In this document: positions 27,100 to 41,500 of the stretch, in pieces | Layout of the letters: the number at the start of each line of letters is the position of its first letter | How positions within the stretch are numbered: position 1 is the first letter of the stretch | DNA from: Azolla caroliniana | Taxonomy: Eukaryota > Plantae > Polypodiophyta | DNA: 64,000 bases | Assembly (NCBI GenBank): GCA_043228905.1 | Contig: JBHGNT010000043.1 | Coordinates: 124,001 to 188,000, forward strand | Direction: 5' to 3' | Position numbers and translations under genes: made by a program | The notes under the pieces: generated by a model | What the model was told of the DNA's origin: nothing | Databases searched by the model: none | What the model saw: only the letters and a program-made list of their open reading frames with translations

Positions 27100-29940
27100 A
27101 AATTTACTCACGCGCTCTTCTCAACTCCTTCCTCAAATTTGCTAATTTCGTCATGTCTCTCTACCTGAGTTTCAAAATTTTGATTTTTTAATTCGATATC
27201 ATAGCTAGCGTTGTTAGTTTCGATTTGCATGTTTGAACACAAAAATCCGATATCACACGAGCCACGTATGAAAATTTTAATTTACTCACGCGCTCTTCTC
27301 AACTCCCTCCTCAAATTTGCTAATTTCGTCATGTCTCTCGACCTGAGTTTCAAAATCTTGATTTTTTAATTCCATATCATAGGTAGCGTTGTCAGTTTTG
27401 ATTCGGATGTTTGAACACGAAAATCCGATATCACACGAGCCACGTATGAAAATTTTAATTTGGCTACTAGCTCTTCTCAACCACCTCCTCAAATTTGGTA
27501 ATTTCGTCATGTCTCTCGACCTGAGTTTCAAAATCTTGATTTTTTAAATCCATTTCATAGCTAGCGTTGTTAGCTTCGATTCCGAGGTTTGAACACTAAA
27601 ATCCGATATCACACGAGCCACATATGAACATTTTAATTTACTCACGCGCTCTTCTCAACCACCTCCTCAAATTTGGTAATTTCGTCATGTCTCTCGACCT
27701 GAGTTTCAAAATCTTGATTTTTTAATTCCATATCATAGGTAGCGTTGTTAGTTTCGATTCGCATGTTTGAACACAAAAATCCGATATCACACGAGCCAGG
27801 TATCAACATTTTAATTTAGCTACTAGCTCTTCTCAACCACCTCCTCAAATTTGGTAATTTCTTCATGTCTCTTGACCTGAGTTTCAAAATCTTGGTTTTT
27901 TAATTCTATATCATAGCTAGCGTTGTTAGCTTCGATTCGCATGTTTGAACACTAAAATCCGATATCACACGAGCCACGTATGAACATTTTAATTTACTCA
28001 CGCGCTCTTCTCAACCACCTCCTCAAATTTGGTAATTTCGTCATGTCTCTCGACCTGAGTTTCAAAATCTTGATTTTTTAATTCCATATCATAGGTAGCG
28101 TTGTTAGTTTCGATTCGCATGTTTGAACACAAAAATCCGATATCACACGAGCCAGGTATCAACATTTTAATTTAGCTACTAGCTCTTCTCAACCACCTCC
28201 TCAAATTTGGTAATTTCTTCATTGCTCTTGACCTGAGTTTCAAAATCTTGGTTTTTTAATTCTATATCATAGCTAGCGTTGTTAGCTTCGATTCGCATGT
28301 TTGAACACAAAAATCCGATATCACACGAGCCACGTATGAACATTTTAATTTACTCACGCGCTCTTCTCAACTCCCTCCTCAAATTTGCTAATTTCGTCAT
28401 GTATCTCTACCTGAGTTTCAAAATCTTAATTTTTTAATTCCATATCATAGCTAGCGTTGTTAGTTTCGATTTGCATGTTTGAACACAAAAATACGATATC
28501 ACACGAGCCACGTATGAACATTTTAATTTACTCACGCGCTCTTCTCAACTCCTTCCTCAAATTTGCTAATTTCGTCATGTCTCTCTACCTGAGTTTCAAA
28601 ATTTTGATTTTTTAATTCCATATCATAGCTAGCGTTGTTAGTTTCGATTTGCATGTTTGAACACAAAAATCCGATATCACACGAGCCACGTATGAAAATT
28701 TTAATTTACTCACGCGCTCTTCTCAACTCCCTCCTCAAATTTGCTAATTTCGTCATGTCTCTCGACCTGAGTTTCAAAATCTTGATTTTTTAATTCCATA
28801 TCATAGGTAGCGTTGTCAGTTTTGATTCGGATGTTTGAACACGAAAATCCGATATCACACGAGCCACGTATGAAAATTTTAATTTGGCTACTAGCTCTTC
28901 TCAACCACCTCCTCAAATTTGGTAATTTCGTCATGTCTCTCGACCTGAGTTTCAAAATCTTGATTTTTTAAATCCATTTCATAGCTAGCGTTGTTAGCTT
29001 CGATTCAGAGGTTTGAACACTAAAATCCGATATCACACGAGCCACATATGAACATTTTAATTTACTCACGCGCTCTTCTCAACCACCTCCTCAAATTTGG
29101 TAATTTCGTCATGTCTCTCGACCTGAGTTTCAAAATCTTGATTTTTTAATTCCATATCATAGGTAGCGTTGTTAGTTTCGATTCGCATGTTTGAACACAA
29201 AAATCCGATATCACACGAGCCAGGTATCAACATTTTAATTTAGCTACTAGCTCTTCTCAACCACCTCCTCAAATTTGGTAATTTCTTCATGTCTCTTGAC
29301 CTGAGTTTCAAAATCTTGGTTTTTTAATTCTATATCATAGCTAGCGTTGTTAGCTTCGATTCGCATGTTTGAACACTAAAATCCGATATCACACGAGCCA
29401 CGTATGAACATTTTAATTTACTCACGCGCTCTTCTCAACCACCTCCTCAAATTTGGTAATTTCGTCATGTCTCTCGACCTGAGTTTCAAAATCTTGATTT
29501 TTTAATTCCATATCATAGGTAGCGTTGTTAGTTTCGATTCGCATGTTTGAACACAAAAATCCGATATCACACGAGCCAGGTATCAACATTTTAATTTAGC
29601 TACTAGCTCTTCTCAACCACCTCCTCAAATTTGGTAATTTCTTCATTGCTCTTGACCTGAGTTTCAAAATCTTGGTTTTTTAATTCTATATCATAGCTAG
29701 CGTTGTTAGCTTCGATTCGCATGTTTGAACACAAAAATCCGATATCACACGAGCCACGTATGAACATTTTAATTTACTCACGCGCTCTTCTCAACTCCCT
29801 CCTCAAATTTGCTAATTTCGTCATGTATCTCTACCTGAGTTTCAAAATCTTAATTTTTTAATTCCATATCATAGCTAGCGTTGTTAGTTTCGATTTGCAT
29901 GTTTGAACACAAAAATACGATATCACACGAGCCACGTATG
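27100..29940. repeat. 8-monomer (1,424 bp) tandem duplication with different monomer content from the 7.5-10 kb 8-mer
   Basis: TCCTTCCTC (~27126/~28550), CATTGCTC (~28220/~29644) and hybrid GCATGTTTGAACACTA (~27939/~29363); ORFs 27286/28710. Confidence 0.88.
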
Positions 29941-32900
29941 AAAATTTTAATTTGGCTACTAGCTCTTCTCAACCACCTCCTCAAATTTAGTAATTTCGTC
30001 ATGTCTCTCGACCTGAGTTTCAAAATCTTGATTTTTTAAATCCATTTCATAGCTAGCGTTGTTAGCTTCGATTCAGAGGTTTGAACACTAAAATCCGATA
30101 TCACACGAGCCACATATGAACATTTTAATTTACTCACGCGCTCTTCTCAACCACCTCCTCAAATTTGGTAATTTCGTCATGTCTCTCGACCTGAGTTTCA
30201 AAATCTTGATTTTTTAATTCCATATCATAGGTAGCGTTGTTAGTTTCGATTCGCATGTTTGAACACAAAAATCCGATATCACACGAGCCAGGTATCAACA
30301 TTTTAATTTAGCTACTAGCTCTTCTCAACCACCTCCTCAAATTTGGTAATTTCTTCATGTCTCTTGACCTGAGTTTCAAAATCTTGGTTTTTTAATTCTA
30401 TATCATAGCTAGCGTTGTTAGCTTCGATTCGGAGGTTTGAACACTAAAATCCGACATCACACGAGCCACATATGAATATTTTAATTTACTCACGCGCTCT
30501 TCTCAACTCCCTCCTCAAATTTGCTAATTTCGTCATGTCTCTCTACCTGAGTTTCAAAATCTTGATTTTTTAATTCCATATCATAGCTAGCGTTGTTAGT
30601 TTCGATTTGCATGTTTGAACACAAAAATCCGATATCACACGAGCCACGTATGAAAATTTTAATTTGGCTACTAGCTCTTCTCAACCACCTCCTCAAATTT
30701 AGTAATTTCGTCATGTCTCTCGACCTGAGTTTCAAAATCTTGACTTTTTAATTCCATATCATAGCTAGCGTTGTTAGTTTCGATTTGCTTGTTTGAACAC
30801 AAAAATTCGATATCACACGAGCCACGTATGAACATTTTAATTTAGCTACTAGCTCTTCTCAACCACCTCCTCAAATTTGGTAATTTCTTCATGTCTCTCG
30901 ACCTGACTTTCAAAATCTTGATTTTTTAATTCTATATCATAGCTAGCGTTGTTAGCTTCGATTCGCATGTTTGAACACAAAAATCCGATATCACACGAGC
31001 CACGTATGAACATTTTAATTTACTCACGCGCTCTTCTCAACTCCCTCCTCAAATTTGCTAATTTCGTCATGTCTCTCTACCTGAGTTTCAAAATTTTGAT
31101 TTTTTAATTCCATATCATAGGTAGCGTTGTTAGCTTCGATTTGCACGTTTGAACACATAAATCCGATATAACACGAGCCAGGTATGAACATTTTAATTTA
31201 CTCAAGGGCTGCTCTCAACTCCCTCCTCAAGTTTGCTAATTTCGTCATGTCTCTCGACCTGAGTTTCAAAATCTTGATTTTTTAATTCCATATCATAGGT
31301 AGCGTTGTCAGTTTCGATTCGGATGTTTGAACACGAAAATCCGATATCACACGAGCCACGTATGAAAATTTTAATTTGGCTACTAGCTCTTCTCAACCAC
31401 CTCCTCAAATTTGGTAATTTCGTCATGTCTCTCGACCTGAGTTTCAAAATCTTGATTTTTTAAATCCATTTCATAGCTAGCGTTGTTAGCTTCGATTCCG
31501 AGGTTTGAACACTAAAATCCGATATCACACGAGCCACATATGAACATTTTAATTTACTCACGCGCTCTTCTCAACCACCTCCTCAAATTTGGTAATTTCG
31601 TCATGTCTCTCGACCTGAGTATCAAAATCTTGATTTTTTAATTCCATATCATAGGTAGCGTTGTTAGTTTCGATTCGCATGTTTGAACACAAAAATCCGA
31701 TATCACACGAGCCAGGTATCAACATTTTAATTTAGCTACTAGCTCTTCTCAACCACCTCCTCAAATTTGGTAATTTCTTCATGTCTCTTGACCTGAGTTT
31801 CAAAATCTTGGTTTTTTAATTCTATATCATAGCTAGCGTTGTTAGCTTCGATTCGGAGGTTTGAACACTAAAATCCGACATCACACGAGCCACATATGAA
31901 TATTTTAATTTACTCACGCGCTCTTCTCAACTCCCTCCTCAAATTTGCTAATTTCGTCATGTCTCTCTACCTGAGTTTCAAAATCTTGATTTTTTAATTC
32001 CATATCATAGCTAGCGTTGTTAGTTTCAATTTGCATGTTTGAACACAAAAATCCGATATCACACGAGCCACGTATGAAAATTTTAATTTGGCTACTAGCT
32101 CTTCTCAACCACCTCCTCAAATTTGGTAATTTCGTCATGTCTCTCGACCTGAGTTTCAAAATCTTGATTTTTTAATTCTATATCATAGCTAGCGTTGTTA
32201 GCTTCGATTCGGAGGTTTGAACACTAATATCCGATATGACACGAGCCACATATGAACATTTTAATTTACTCACGCGCTCTTCTCAACCACCTCCTCAAAT
32301 TTGCTAATTTCGTCATGTCTCTCGACCTGAGTTTCAAAATCTTGATTTTTTAATTCCATATCATAGGTAGCGTTGTTAGTTTCGATTTGCTTGTTTGAAC
32401 ACAAAAATCCGATAACACACGAGCCACATATGAACATTTTAATTTAGCTACTAGCTCTTCTCAACCACCTCCTCAAATTTGGTAATTTCTTCATGTCTCT
32501 CGACCTGACTTTCAAAATCTTGATTTTTTAATTCTATATCATAGCTAGCGTTGTTAGCTTCGATTCGCATGTTTGAACACAAAAATCCGATATCACACGA
32601 GCCACGTATGAACATTTTAATTTACTCACGCGCTCTTCTCAACTCCCTCCTCAAATTTGCTAATTTCGTCATGTATCTCTACCTGAGTTTCAAAATCTTG
32701 ATTTTTTAATTCCATATCATAGCTAGCGTTGTTAGCTTCGATTTGCTTGTTTGAACACAGAAATCCGATATCACACGAGCCAGGTATCAACATTTTAATT
32801 TAGCTACTAGCTCTTCTCAACAACCTCCTCAAATTTGGTAATTTCCTCATGTCTCTCGACCTGAGTTTCAAAATCTTCATTTTTTAATTCCATATCATAG

Positions 32901-33329
32901 CTAGCGTTGTTAGCTTCGATTTGCATGTTTGAACACAAAAATTCGATATCACACGAGCCACGTATGAACATTTTAATTTAGCTACTAGCTCTTTTGAACT
33001 CCCTCCTCAAATTTGGTAATTTCTTCATGTCTCTCGACCTGAGTTTCAAAATCTTGATTTTTTAATTCTATATCATAGCTAGCGTTGTTAGCTTCAATTC
33101 CCATGTTTGAACACAAAAATCCGATATCACACGAGCCACGTATGAACATTTTAATTTACTCACGCGCTCTTCTCAACTCCCTCCTCAAATTTGCTAATTT
33201 CGTCATGTCTCTCTACCTGAGTTTCAAAATTTTGATTTTTTAATTCGATATCATAGCTAGCGTTGTTAGTTTCGATTTGCATGTTTGAACACAAAAATCC
33301 GATATCACACGAGCCACGTATGAAAATTT

Positions 33330-36300
33330 TAATTTACTCACGCGCTCTTCTCAACTCCCTCCTCAAATTTGCTAATTTCGTCATGTCTCTCTACCTGAGT
33401 TTCAAAATTTTGATTTTTTAATTCGATATCATAGCTAGCGTTGTTAGTTTCGATTTGCATGTTTGAACACAAAAATCCGATATCACACGAGCCACGTATG
33501 AAAATTTTAATTTACTCACGCGCTCTTCTCAACTCCCTCCTCAAATTTGCTAATTTCGTCATGTCTCTCGACCTGAGTTTCAAAATCTTGATTTTTTAAT
33601 TCCATATCATAGGTAGCGTTGTCAGTTTCGATTCGGATGTTTGAACACGAAAATCCGATATCACACGAGCCACGTATGAAAATTTTAATTTGGCTACTAG
33701 CTCTTCTCAACCACCTCCTCAAATTTGGTAATTTCGTCATGTCTCTCGACCTGAGTTTCAAAATCTTGATTTTTTAAATCCATTTCATAGCTAGCGTTGT
33801 TAGCTTCGATTCAGAGGTTTGAACACTAAAATCCGATATCACACGAGCCACATATGAACATTTTAATTTACTCACGCGCTCTTCTCAACCACCTCCTCAA
33901 ATTTGGTAATTTCGTCATGTCTCTCGACCTGAGTTTCAAAATCTTGATTTTTTAATTCCATATCATAGGTAGCGTTGTTAGTTTCGATTCGCATGTTTGA
34001 ACACAAAAATCCGATATCACACGAGCCAGGTATCAACATTTTAATTTAGCTACTAGCTCTTCTCAACCACCTCCTCAAATTTGGTAATTTCTTCATGTCT
34101 CTTGACCTGAGTTTCAAAATCTTGGTTTTTTAATTCTATATCATAGCTAGCGTTGTTAGCTTCGATTCGGAGGTTTGAACACTAAAATCCGACATCACAC
34201 GAGCCACATATGAATATTTTAATTTACTCACGTGCTCTTCTCAACTCCCTCCTCAAATTTGCTAATTTCGTCATGTCTCTCTACCTGAGTTTCAAAATCT
34301 TGATTTTTTAATTCCATATCATAGCTAGCGTTGTTAGTTTCGATTTGCATGTTTGAACACAAAAATCCGATATCACACGAGCCACATATGAACATTTTAA
34401 TTTAGCTACTAGCTCTTCTCAACAACCTCCTCAAATTTGGTAATTTCCTCATGTCTCTCGACCTGAGTTTCAAAATCTTCATTTTTTAATTCCATATCAT
34501 AGCTAGCGTTGTTAGCTTCGATTTGCATGTTTGAACACAGAAATTCGATATCACATGAGCCACGTATGAACATTTTAATTTAGCTACTAGCTCTTTTGAA
34601 CTCCCTCCTCAAATTTGGTAATTTCTTCATGTCTCTCGACCTGAGTTTCAAAATCTTGATTTTTTAATTCTATATCATAGCTAGCGTTGTTAGCTTCAAT
34701 TCCCATGTTTGAACACAAAAATCCGATATCACACGAGCCACGTATGAACATTTTAATTTACTCACGCGCTCTTCTCAACTCCCTCCTCAAATTTGCTAAT
34801 TTCGTCATGTCTCTCTACCTGAGTTTCAAAATTTTGATTTTTTAATTCGATATCATAGCTAGCGTTGTTAGTTTCGATTTGCATGTTTGAACACAAAAAT
34901 CCGATATCACACGAGCCACGTATGAAAATTTTAATTTACTCACGCGCTCTTCTCAACTCCCTCCTCAAATTTGCTAATTTCGTCATGTCTCTCTACCTGA
35001 GTTTCAAAATTTTGATTTTTTAATTCGATATCATAGCTAGCGTTGTTAGTTTCGATTTGCATGTTTGAACACTAATATCCGATATGACACGAGCCACATA
35101 TGAACATTTTAATTTACTCACGCGCTCTTCTCAACCACCTCCTCAAATTTGGTAATTTCGTCATGTCTCTCGACCTGAGTTTCAAAATCTTGATTTTTTA
35201 ATTCCATATCATAGCTAGCGTTGTTAGTTTCGATTTGCTTGTTTGAACACAAAAATCCGATATCACACGAGCCACATATGAACATTTTAATTTAGCTACT
35301 AGCTCTTCTCAACCACCTCCTCAAATTTGGTAATTTCTTCATGTCTCTCGACCTGACTTTCAAAATCTTGATTTTCTAATTCTATATCATAGCTAGCGTT
35401 GTTAGCTTCGATTCGCATGTTTGAACACAAAAATCCGATATCACACGAGCCACGTATGAACATTTTAATTTACTCACGCGCTCTTCTCAACTCCCTCCTC
35501 AAATTTGCTAATTTCGTCATGTATCTCTACCTGAGTTTCAAAATCTTAATTTTTTAATTCCATATCATAGCTAGCGTTGTTAGTTTCGATTTGCATGTTT
35601 GAACACAAAAATACGATATCACACGAGCCACGTATGAAAATTTTAATTTGGCTACTACCTCTTCTCAACCACCTCCTCAAATTTAGTAATTTCGTCATGT
35701 CTCTCGACCTGACTTTCAAAATCTTGATTTTCTAATTCTATATCATAGCTAGCGTTGTTAGCTTCGATTCGCATGTTTGAACACAAAAATCCGATATCAC
35801 ACGAGCCACGTATGAACATTTTAATTTACTCACGCGCTCTTCTCAACTCCCTCCTCAAATTTGCTAATTTCGTCATGTCTCTCTACCTGAGTTTCAAAAT
35901 TTTGATTTTTTAATTCGATATCATAGCTAGCGTTGTTAGTTTCGATTTGCATGTTTGAACACAAATATCCGATATCACACGAGCCACGTATGAAAATTTT
36001 AATTTACTCACGCGCTCTTCTCAACTCCCTCCTCAAATTTGCTAATTTCGTCATGTCTCTCGACCTGAGTTTCAAAATCTTGATTTTTTAATTCCATATC
36101 ATAGGTAGCGTTGTCAGTTTCGATTCGGATGTTTGAACACGAAAATCCGATATCACACGAGCCACGTATGAAAATTTTAATTTGGCTACTAGCTCTTCTC
36201 AACCACCTCCTCAAATTTGGTAATTTCGTCATGTCTCTCGACCTGAGTTTCAAAATCTTGATTTTTTAAATCCATTTCATAGCTAGCGTTGTTAGCTTCG

Positions 36301-37560
36301 ATTCAGAGGTTTGAACACTAAAATCCGATATCACACGAGCCACATATGAACATTTTAATTTACTCACGCGCTCTTCTCAACCACCTCCTCAAATTTGGTA
36401 ATTTCGTCATGTCTCTCGACCTGAGTTTCAAAATCTTGATTTTTTAATTCCATATCATAGGTAGCGTTGTTAGTTTCGATTCGCATGTTTGAACACAAAA
36501 ATCCGATATCACACGAGCCAGGTATCAACATTTTAATTTAGCTACTAGCTCTTCTCAACCACCTCCTCAAATTTGGTAATTTCTTCATGTCTCTTGACCT
36601 GAGTTTCAAAATCTTGGTTTTTTAATTCTATATCATAGCTAGCGTTGTTAGCTTCGATTCGGAGGTTTGAACACTAAAATCCGACATCACACGAGCCACA
36701 TATGAATATTTTAATTTACTCACGTGCTCTTCTCAACTCCCTCCTCAAATTTGCTAATTTCGTCATGTCTCTCTACCTGAGTTTCAAAATCTTGATTTTT
36801 TAATTCCATATCATAGCTAGCGTTGTTAGTTTCGATTTGCATGTTTGAACACAAAAATCCGATATCACACGAGCCACATATGAACATTTTAATTTAGCTA
36901 CTAGCTCTTCTCAACAACCTCCTCAAATTTGGTAATTTCCTCATGTCTCTCGACCTGAGTTTCAAAATCTTCATTTTTTAATTCCATATCATAGCTAGCG
37001 TTGTTAGCTTCGATTTGCATGTTTGAACACAGAAATTCGATATCACACGAGCCACGTATGAACATTTTAATTTAGCTACTAGCTCTTTTGAACTCCCTCC
37101 TCAAATTTGGTAATTTCTTCATGTCTCTCGACCTGAGTTTCAAAATCTTGATTTTTTAATTCTATATCATAGCTAGCGTTGTTAGCTTCAATTCCCATGT
37201 TTGAACACAAAAATCCGATATCACACGAGCCACGTATGAACATTTTAATTTACTCACGCGCTCTTCTCAACTCCCTCCTCAAATTTGCTAATTTCGTCAT
37301 GTCTCTCTACCTGAGTTTCAAAATTTTGATTTTTTAATTCGATATCATAGCTAGCGTTGTTAGTTTCGATTTGCATGTTTGAACACAAAAATCCGATATC
37401 ACACGAGCCACGTATGAACATTTTAATTTACTCACGCGCTCTTCTCAACTCCCTCCTCAAATTTGCTAATTTCGTCATGTCTCTCTACCTGAGTTTCAAA
37501 ATTTTGATTTTTTAATTCGATATCATAGCTAGCGTTGTTAGTTTCGATTTGCATGTTTGA
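33330..37560. repeat. Block of about 1.7 kb repeated at 14-monomer (2,492 bp) offset
   Basis: CACGTGCTC (34229/36721) and TTCAATTCCCATG (~34695/~37187); ORFs 33516/36008. Confidence 0.85.
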
Positions 37561-39129
37561 ACACAAAAATCCGATATCACACGAGCCACGTATGAAAATT
37601 TTAATTTACTCACGCGCTCTTCTCAACTCCCTCCTCAAATTTGCTAATTTCGTCATGTCTCTCTACCTGAGTTTCAAAATTTTGACTTTTTAATTCGATA
37701 TCATAGCTAGCGTTGTTAGTTTCGATTTGCATGTTTGAACACAAATATCCGATATCACACGAGCCACGTATGAAAATTTTAATTTACTCACGCGCTCTTC
37801 TCAACTCCCTCCTCAAATTTGCTAATTTCGTCATGTCTCTCGACCTGAGTTTCAAAATCTTGATTTTTTAATTCCATATCATAGGTAGCGTTGTCAGTTT
37901 CGATTCGGATGTTTGAACACGAAAATCCGATATCACACGAGCCACGTATGAAAATTTTAATTTGGCTACTAGCTCTTCTCAACCACCTCCTCAAATTTGG
38001 TAATTTCGTCATGTCTCTCGACCTGAGTTTCAAAATCTTGATTTTTTAAATCCATTTCATAGCTAGCGTTGTTAGCTTCGATTCAGAGGTTTGAACACTA
38101 AAATCCGATATCACACGAGCCACATATGAACATTTTAATTTACTCACGCGCTCTTCTCAACCACCTCCTCAAATTTGGTAATTTCGTCATGTCTCTCGAC
38201 CTGAGTTTCAAAATCTTGATTTTTTAATTCCATATCATAGGTAGCGTTGTTAGTTTCGATTCGCATGTTTGAACACAAAAATCCGATATCACACGAGCCA
38301 GGTATCAACATTTTAATTTAGCTACTAGCTCTTCTCAACCACCTCCTCAAATTTGGTAATTTCGTCATGTCTCTCGACCTGAGTTTCAAAATCTTGATTT
38401 TCTAATTCCATATCATAGCTAGCGTTGTTAGCTTCGATTCAGAGGTTTGAACACTAAAATCCGATATCACACGAGCCACATATGAACATTTTAATTTACT
38501 CACGCGCTCTTCTCAACCACCTCCTCAAATTTGGTAATTTCGTCATGTCTCTCGACCTGAGTTTCAAAATCTTGATTTTTTAATTCCATATCATAGCTAG
38601 CGTTGTTAGTTTCGATTTGCATGTTTGAACACAAAAATCTGATATCACACGAGCCACGTATGAACATTTTAATTTACTCACGCGCTCTTGTCAACTCCCT
38701 CCTCAAATTTGCTAATTTCGTCATGTCTCTCTACCTGAGTTTCAAAATTTTGATTTTTTAATTCGATATCATAGCTAGCGTTGTTAGCTTCGATTCGGAG
38801 GTTTGAACACTAAAATCCGATATGACACGAGCCACATATGAACATTTTAATTTACTCACGCGCTCTTCTCAACCACCTCCTCAAATTTGGTAATTTCGTC
38901 ATGTCTCTCGACCTGAGTTTCACAATTTTGATTTTTTAATTCCATATCATAGGTAGCGTTGTTAGTTTCGATTTGCTTGTTTGAACACAAAAATCCGATA
39001 TCACACGAGCCACATATGAACATTTTAATTTAGCTACTAGCTCTTCTCAACCACCTCCTCAAATTTGGTAATTTCTTCATGTCTCTTGACCTGAGTTTCA
39101 AAATCTTGGTTTTTTAATTCTATATCATA

Positions 39130-41500
39130 GCTAGCGTTGTTAGCTTCGATTCGCATGTTTGAACACAAAAATCCGATATCACACGAGCCACGTATGAACA
39201 TTTTAATTTACTCACGCGCTCTTCTCAACTCCCTCCTCAAATTTGGTAATTTCGTCATGTCTCTCTACCTGAGTTTCAAAATCGTGATTTTTTAATTCCA
39301 TATCATAGCTAGCGTTGTTAGTTTCGATTTGCATGTTTGAACACAAAAATCCGATATCACACGAGCCACGTATGAAAATTTTAATTTGGCTACTAGCTCT
39401 TCTCAACCACCTCCTCAAATTTGGTAATTTCGTCATGTCTCTCGACCTGAGTTTCAAAATCTTGATTTTTTAATTCTATATCATAGCTAGCGTTGTTAGC
39501 TTCGATTCGGAGGTTTGAACACTAATATCCGATATGACACGAGCCACATATGAACATTTTAATTTACTCACGCGCTCTTCTCAACCACCTCCTCAAATTT
39601 GGTAATTTCGTCATGTCTCTCGACCTGAGTTTCAAAATCTTGATTTTTTAATTCCATATCATAGCTAGCGTTGTTAGTTTCGATTTGCTTGTTTGAACAC
39701 AAAAATCCGATATCACACGAGCCACATATGAACATTTTAATTTAGCTACTAGCTCTTCTCAACCACCTCCTCAAATTTGGTAATTTCTTCATGTCTCTCG
39801 ACCTGACTTTCAAAATCTTGATTTTCTAATTCTATATCATAGCTAGCGTTGTTAGCTTCGATTCGCATGTTTCAACACAAAAATCCGATATCACACGAGC
39901 CACGTATGAACATTTTAATTTACTCACGCGCTCTTCTCAACTCCCTCCTCAAATTTGGTAATTTCGTCATGTCTCTCTACCTGAGTTTCAAAATCGTGAT
40001 TTTTTAATTGCATATCATAGCTAGCGTTGTTAGTTTCGATTTGCATGTTTGAACACAAAAATCCGATATCACACGAGCCACGTATGAAAATTTTAATTTG
40101 GCTACTAGCTCTTCTCAACCACCTCCTCAAATTTGGTAATTTCGTCATGTCTCTCGACCTGAGTTTCAAAATCTTGATTTTTTAATTCTATATCATAGCT
40201 AGCGTTGTTAGCTTCGATTCGGAGGTTTGAACACTAATATCCGATATGACACGAGCCACATATGAACATTTTAATTTACTCACGCGCTCTTCTCAACCAC
40301 CTCCTCAAATTTGGTAATTTCGTCATGTCTCTCGACCTGAGTTTCAAAATCTTGATTTTTTAATTCCATATCATAGCTAGCGTTGTTAGTTTCGATTTGC
40401 TTGTTTGAACACAAAAATCCGATATCACACGAGCCACGTATGAACATTTTAATTTAGCTACTAGCTCTTCTCAACCACCTCCTCAAATTTGGTAATTTCT
40501 TCATGTCTCTCGACCTGAGTTTCAAAATCTTGATTTTTTAATTCTATATCATAGCTAGCGTTGTTAGCTTCGATTCGCATGTTTGAACACAAAAATCCGA
40601 TATCACACGAGCCACGTATGAACATTTTAATTGACTCACGCGCTCTTCTCAACCACCTCCTCAAATTTAGTAATTTCGTCATGTCTCTCGACCTGAGTTT
40701 CAAAATCTTGATTTTTTAATTCTATATCATAGCTAGCGTTGTTAGCTTCGATTCGGAGGTTTGAACACTAATATCCGATATGACACGAGCCACGTATGAA
40801 AATTTTAATTTGGCTACTAGCTCTTCTCAACCACCTCCTCAAATTTGGTAATTTCGTCATGTCTCTCGACCTGAGTTTCAAAATCTTGATTTTTTAATTC
40901 TATATCATAGCTAGCGTTGTTAGCTTCGATTCGGAGGTTTGAACACTAATATCCGATATGACACGAGCCACATATGAACATTTTAATTTACTCACGCGCT
41001 CTTCTCAACCACCTCCTCAAATTTGGTAATTTCGTCATGTCTCTCGACCTGAGTTTCAAAATCTTGATTTTTTAATTCCATATCATAGCTAGCGTTGTTA
41101 GTTTCGATTTGCTTGTTTGAACACAAAAATCCGATATCACACGAGCCACGTATGAACATTTTAATTTAGCTACTAGCTCTTCTCAACCACCTCCTCAAAT
41201 TTGGTAATTTCTTCATGTCTCTCGACCTGAGTTTCAAAATCTTGATTTTTTAATTCTATATCATAGCTAGCGTTGTTAGCTTCGATTCGCATGTTTGAAC
41301 ACAAAAATCCGATATCACACGAGCCACGTATGAACATTTTAATTGACTCACGCGCTCTTCTCAACCACCTCCTCAAATTTAGTAATTTCGTCATGTCTCT
41401 CGACCTGAGTTTCAAAATCTTGATTTTTTAATTCTATATCATAGCTAGCGTTGTTAGCTTCGATTCGGAGGTTTGAACACTAATATCCGATATGACACGA
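39130..41500. repeat. 4-monomer (712 bp) periodic region
   Basis: AATCGTGAT ~39281/~39993; TTGACTCACG ~40631/~41343; ORF pairs 39212/39924 and 40461/41173. Confidence 0.82.
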
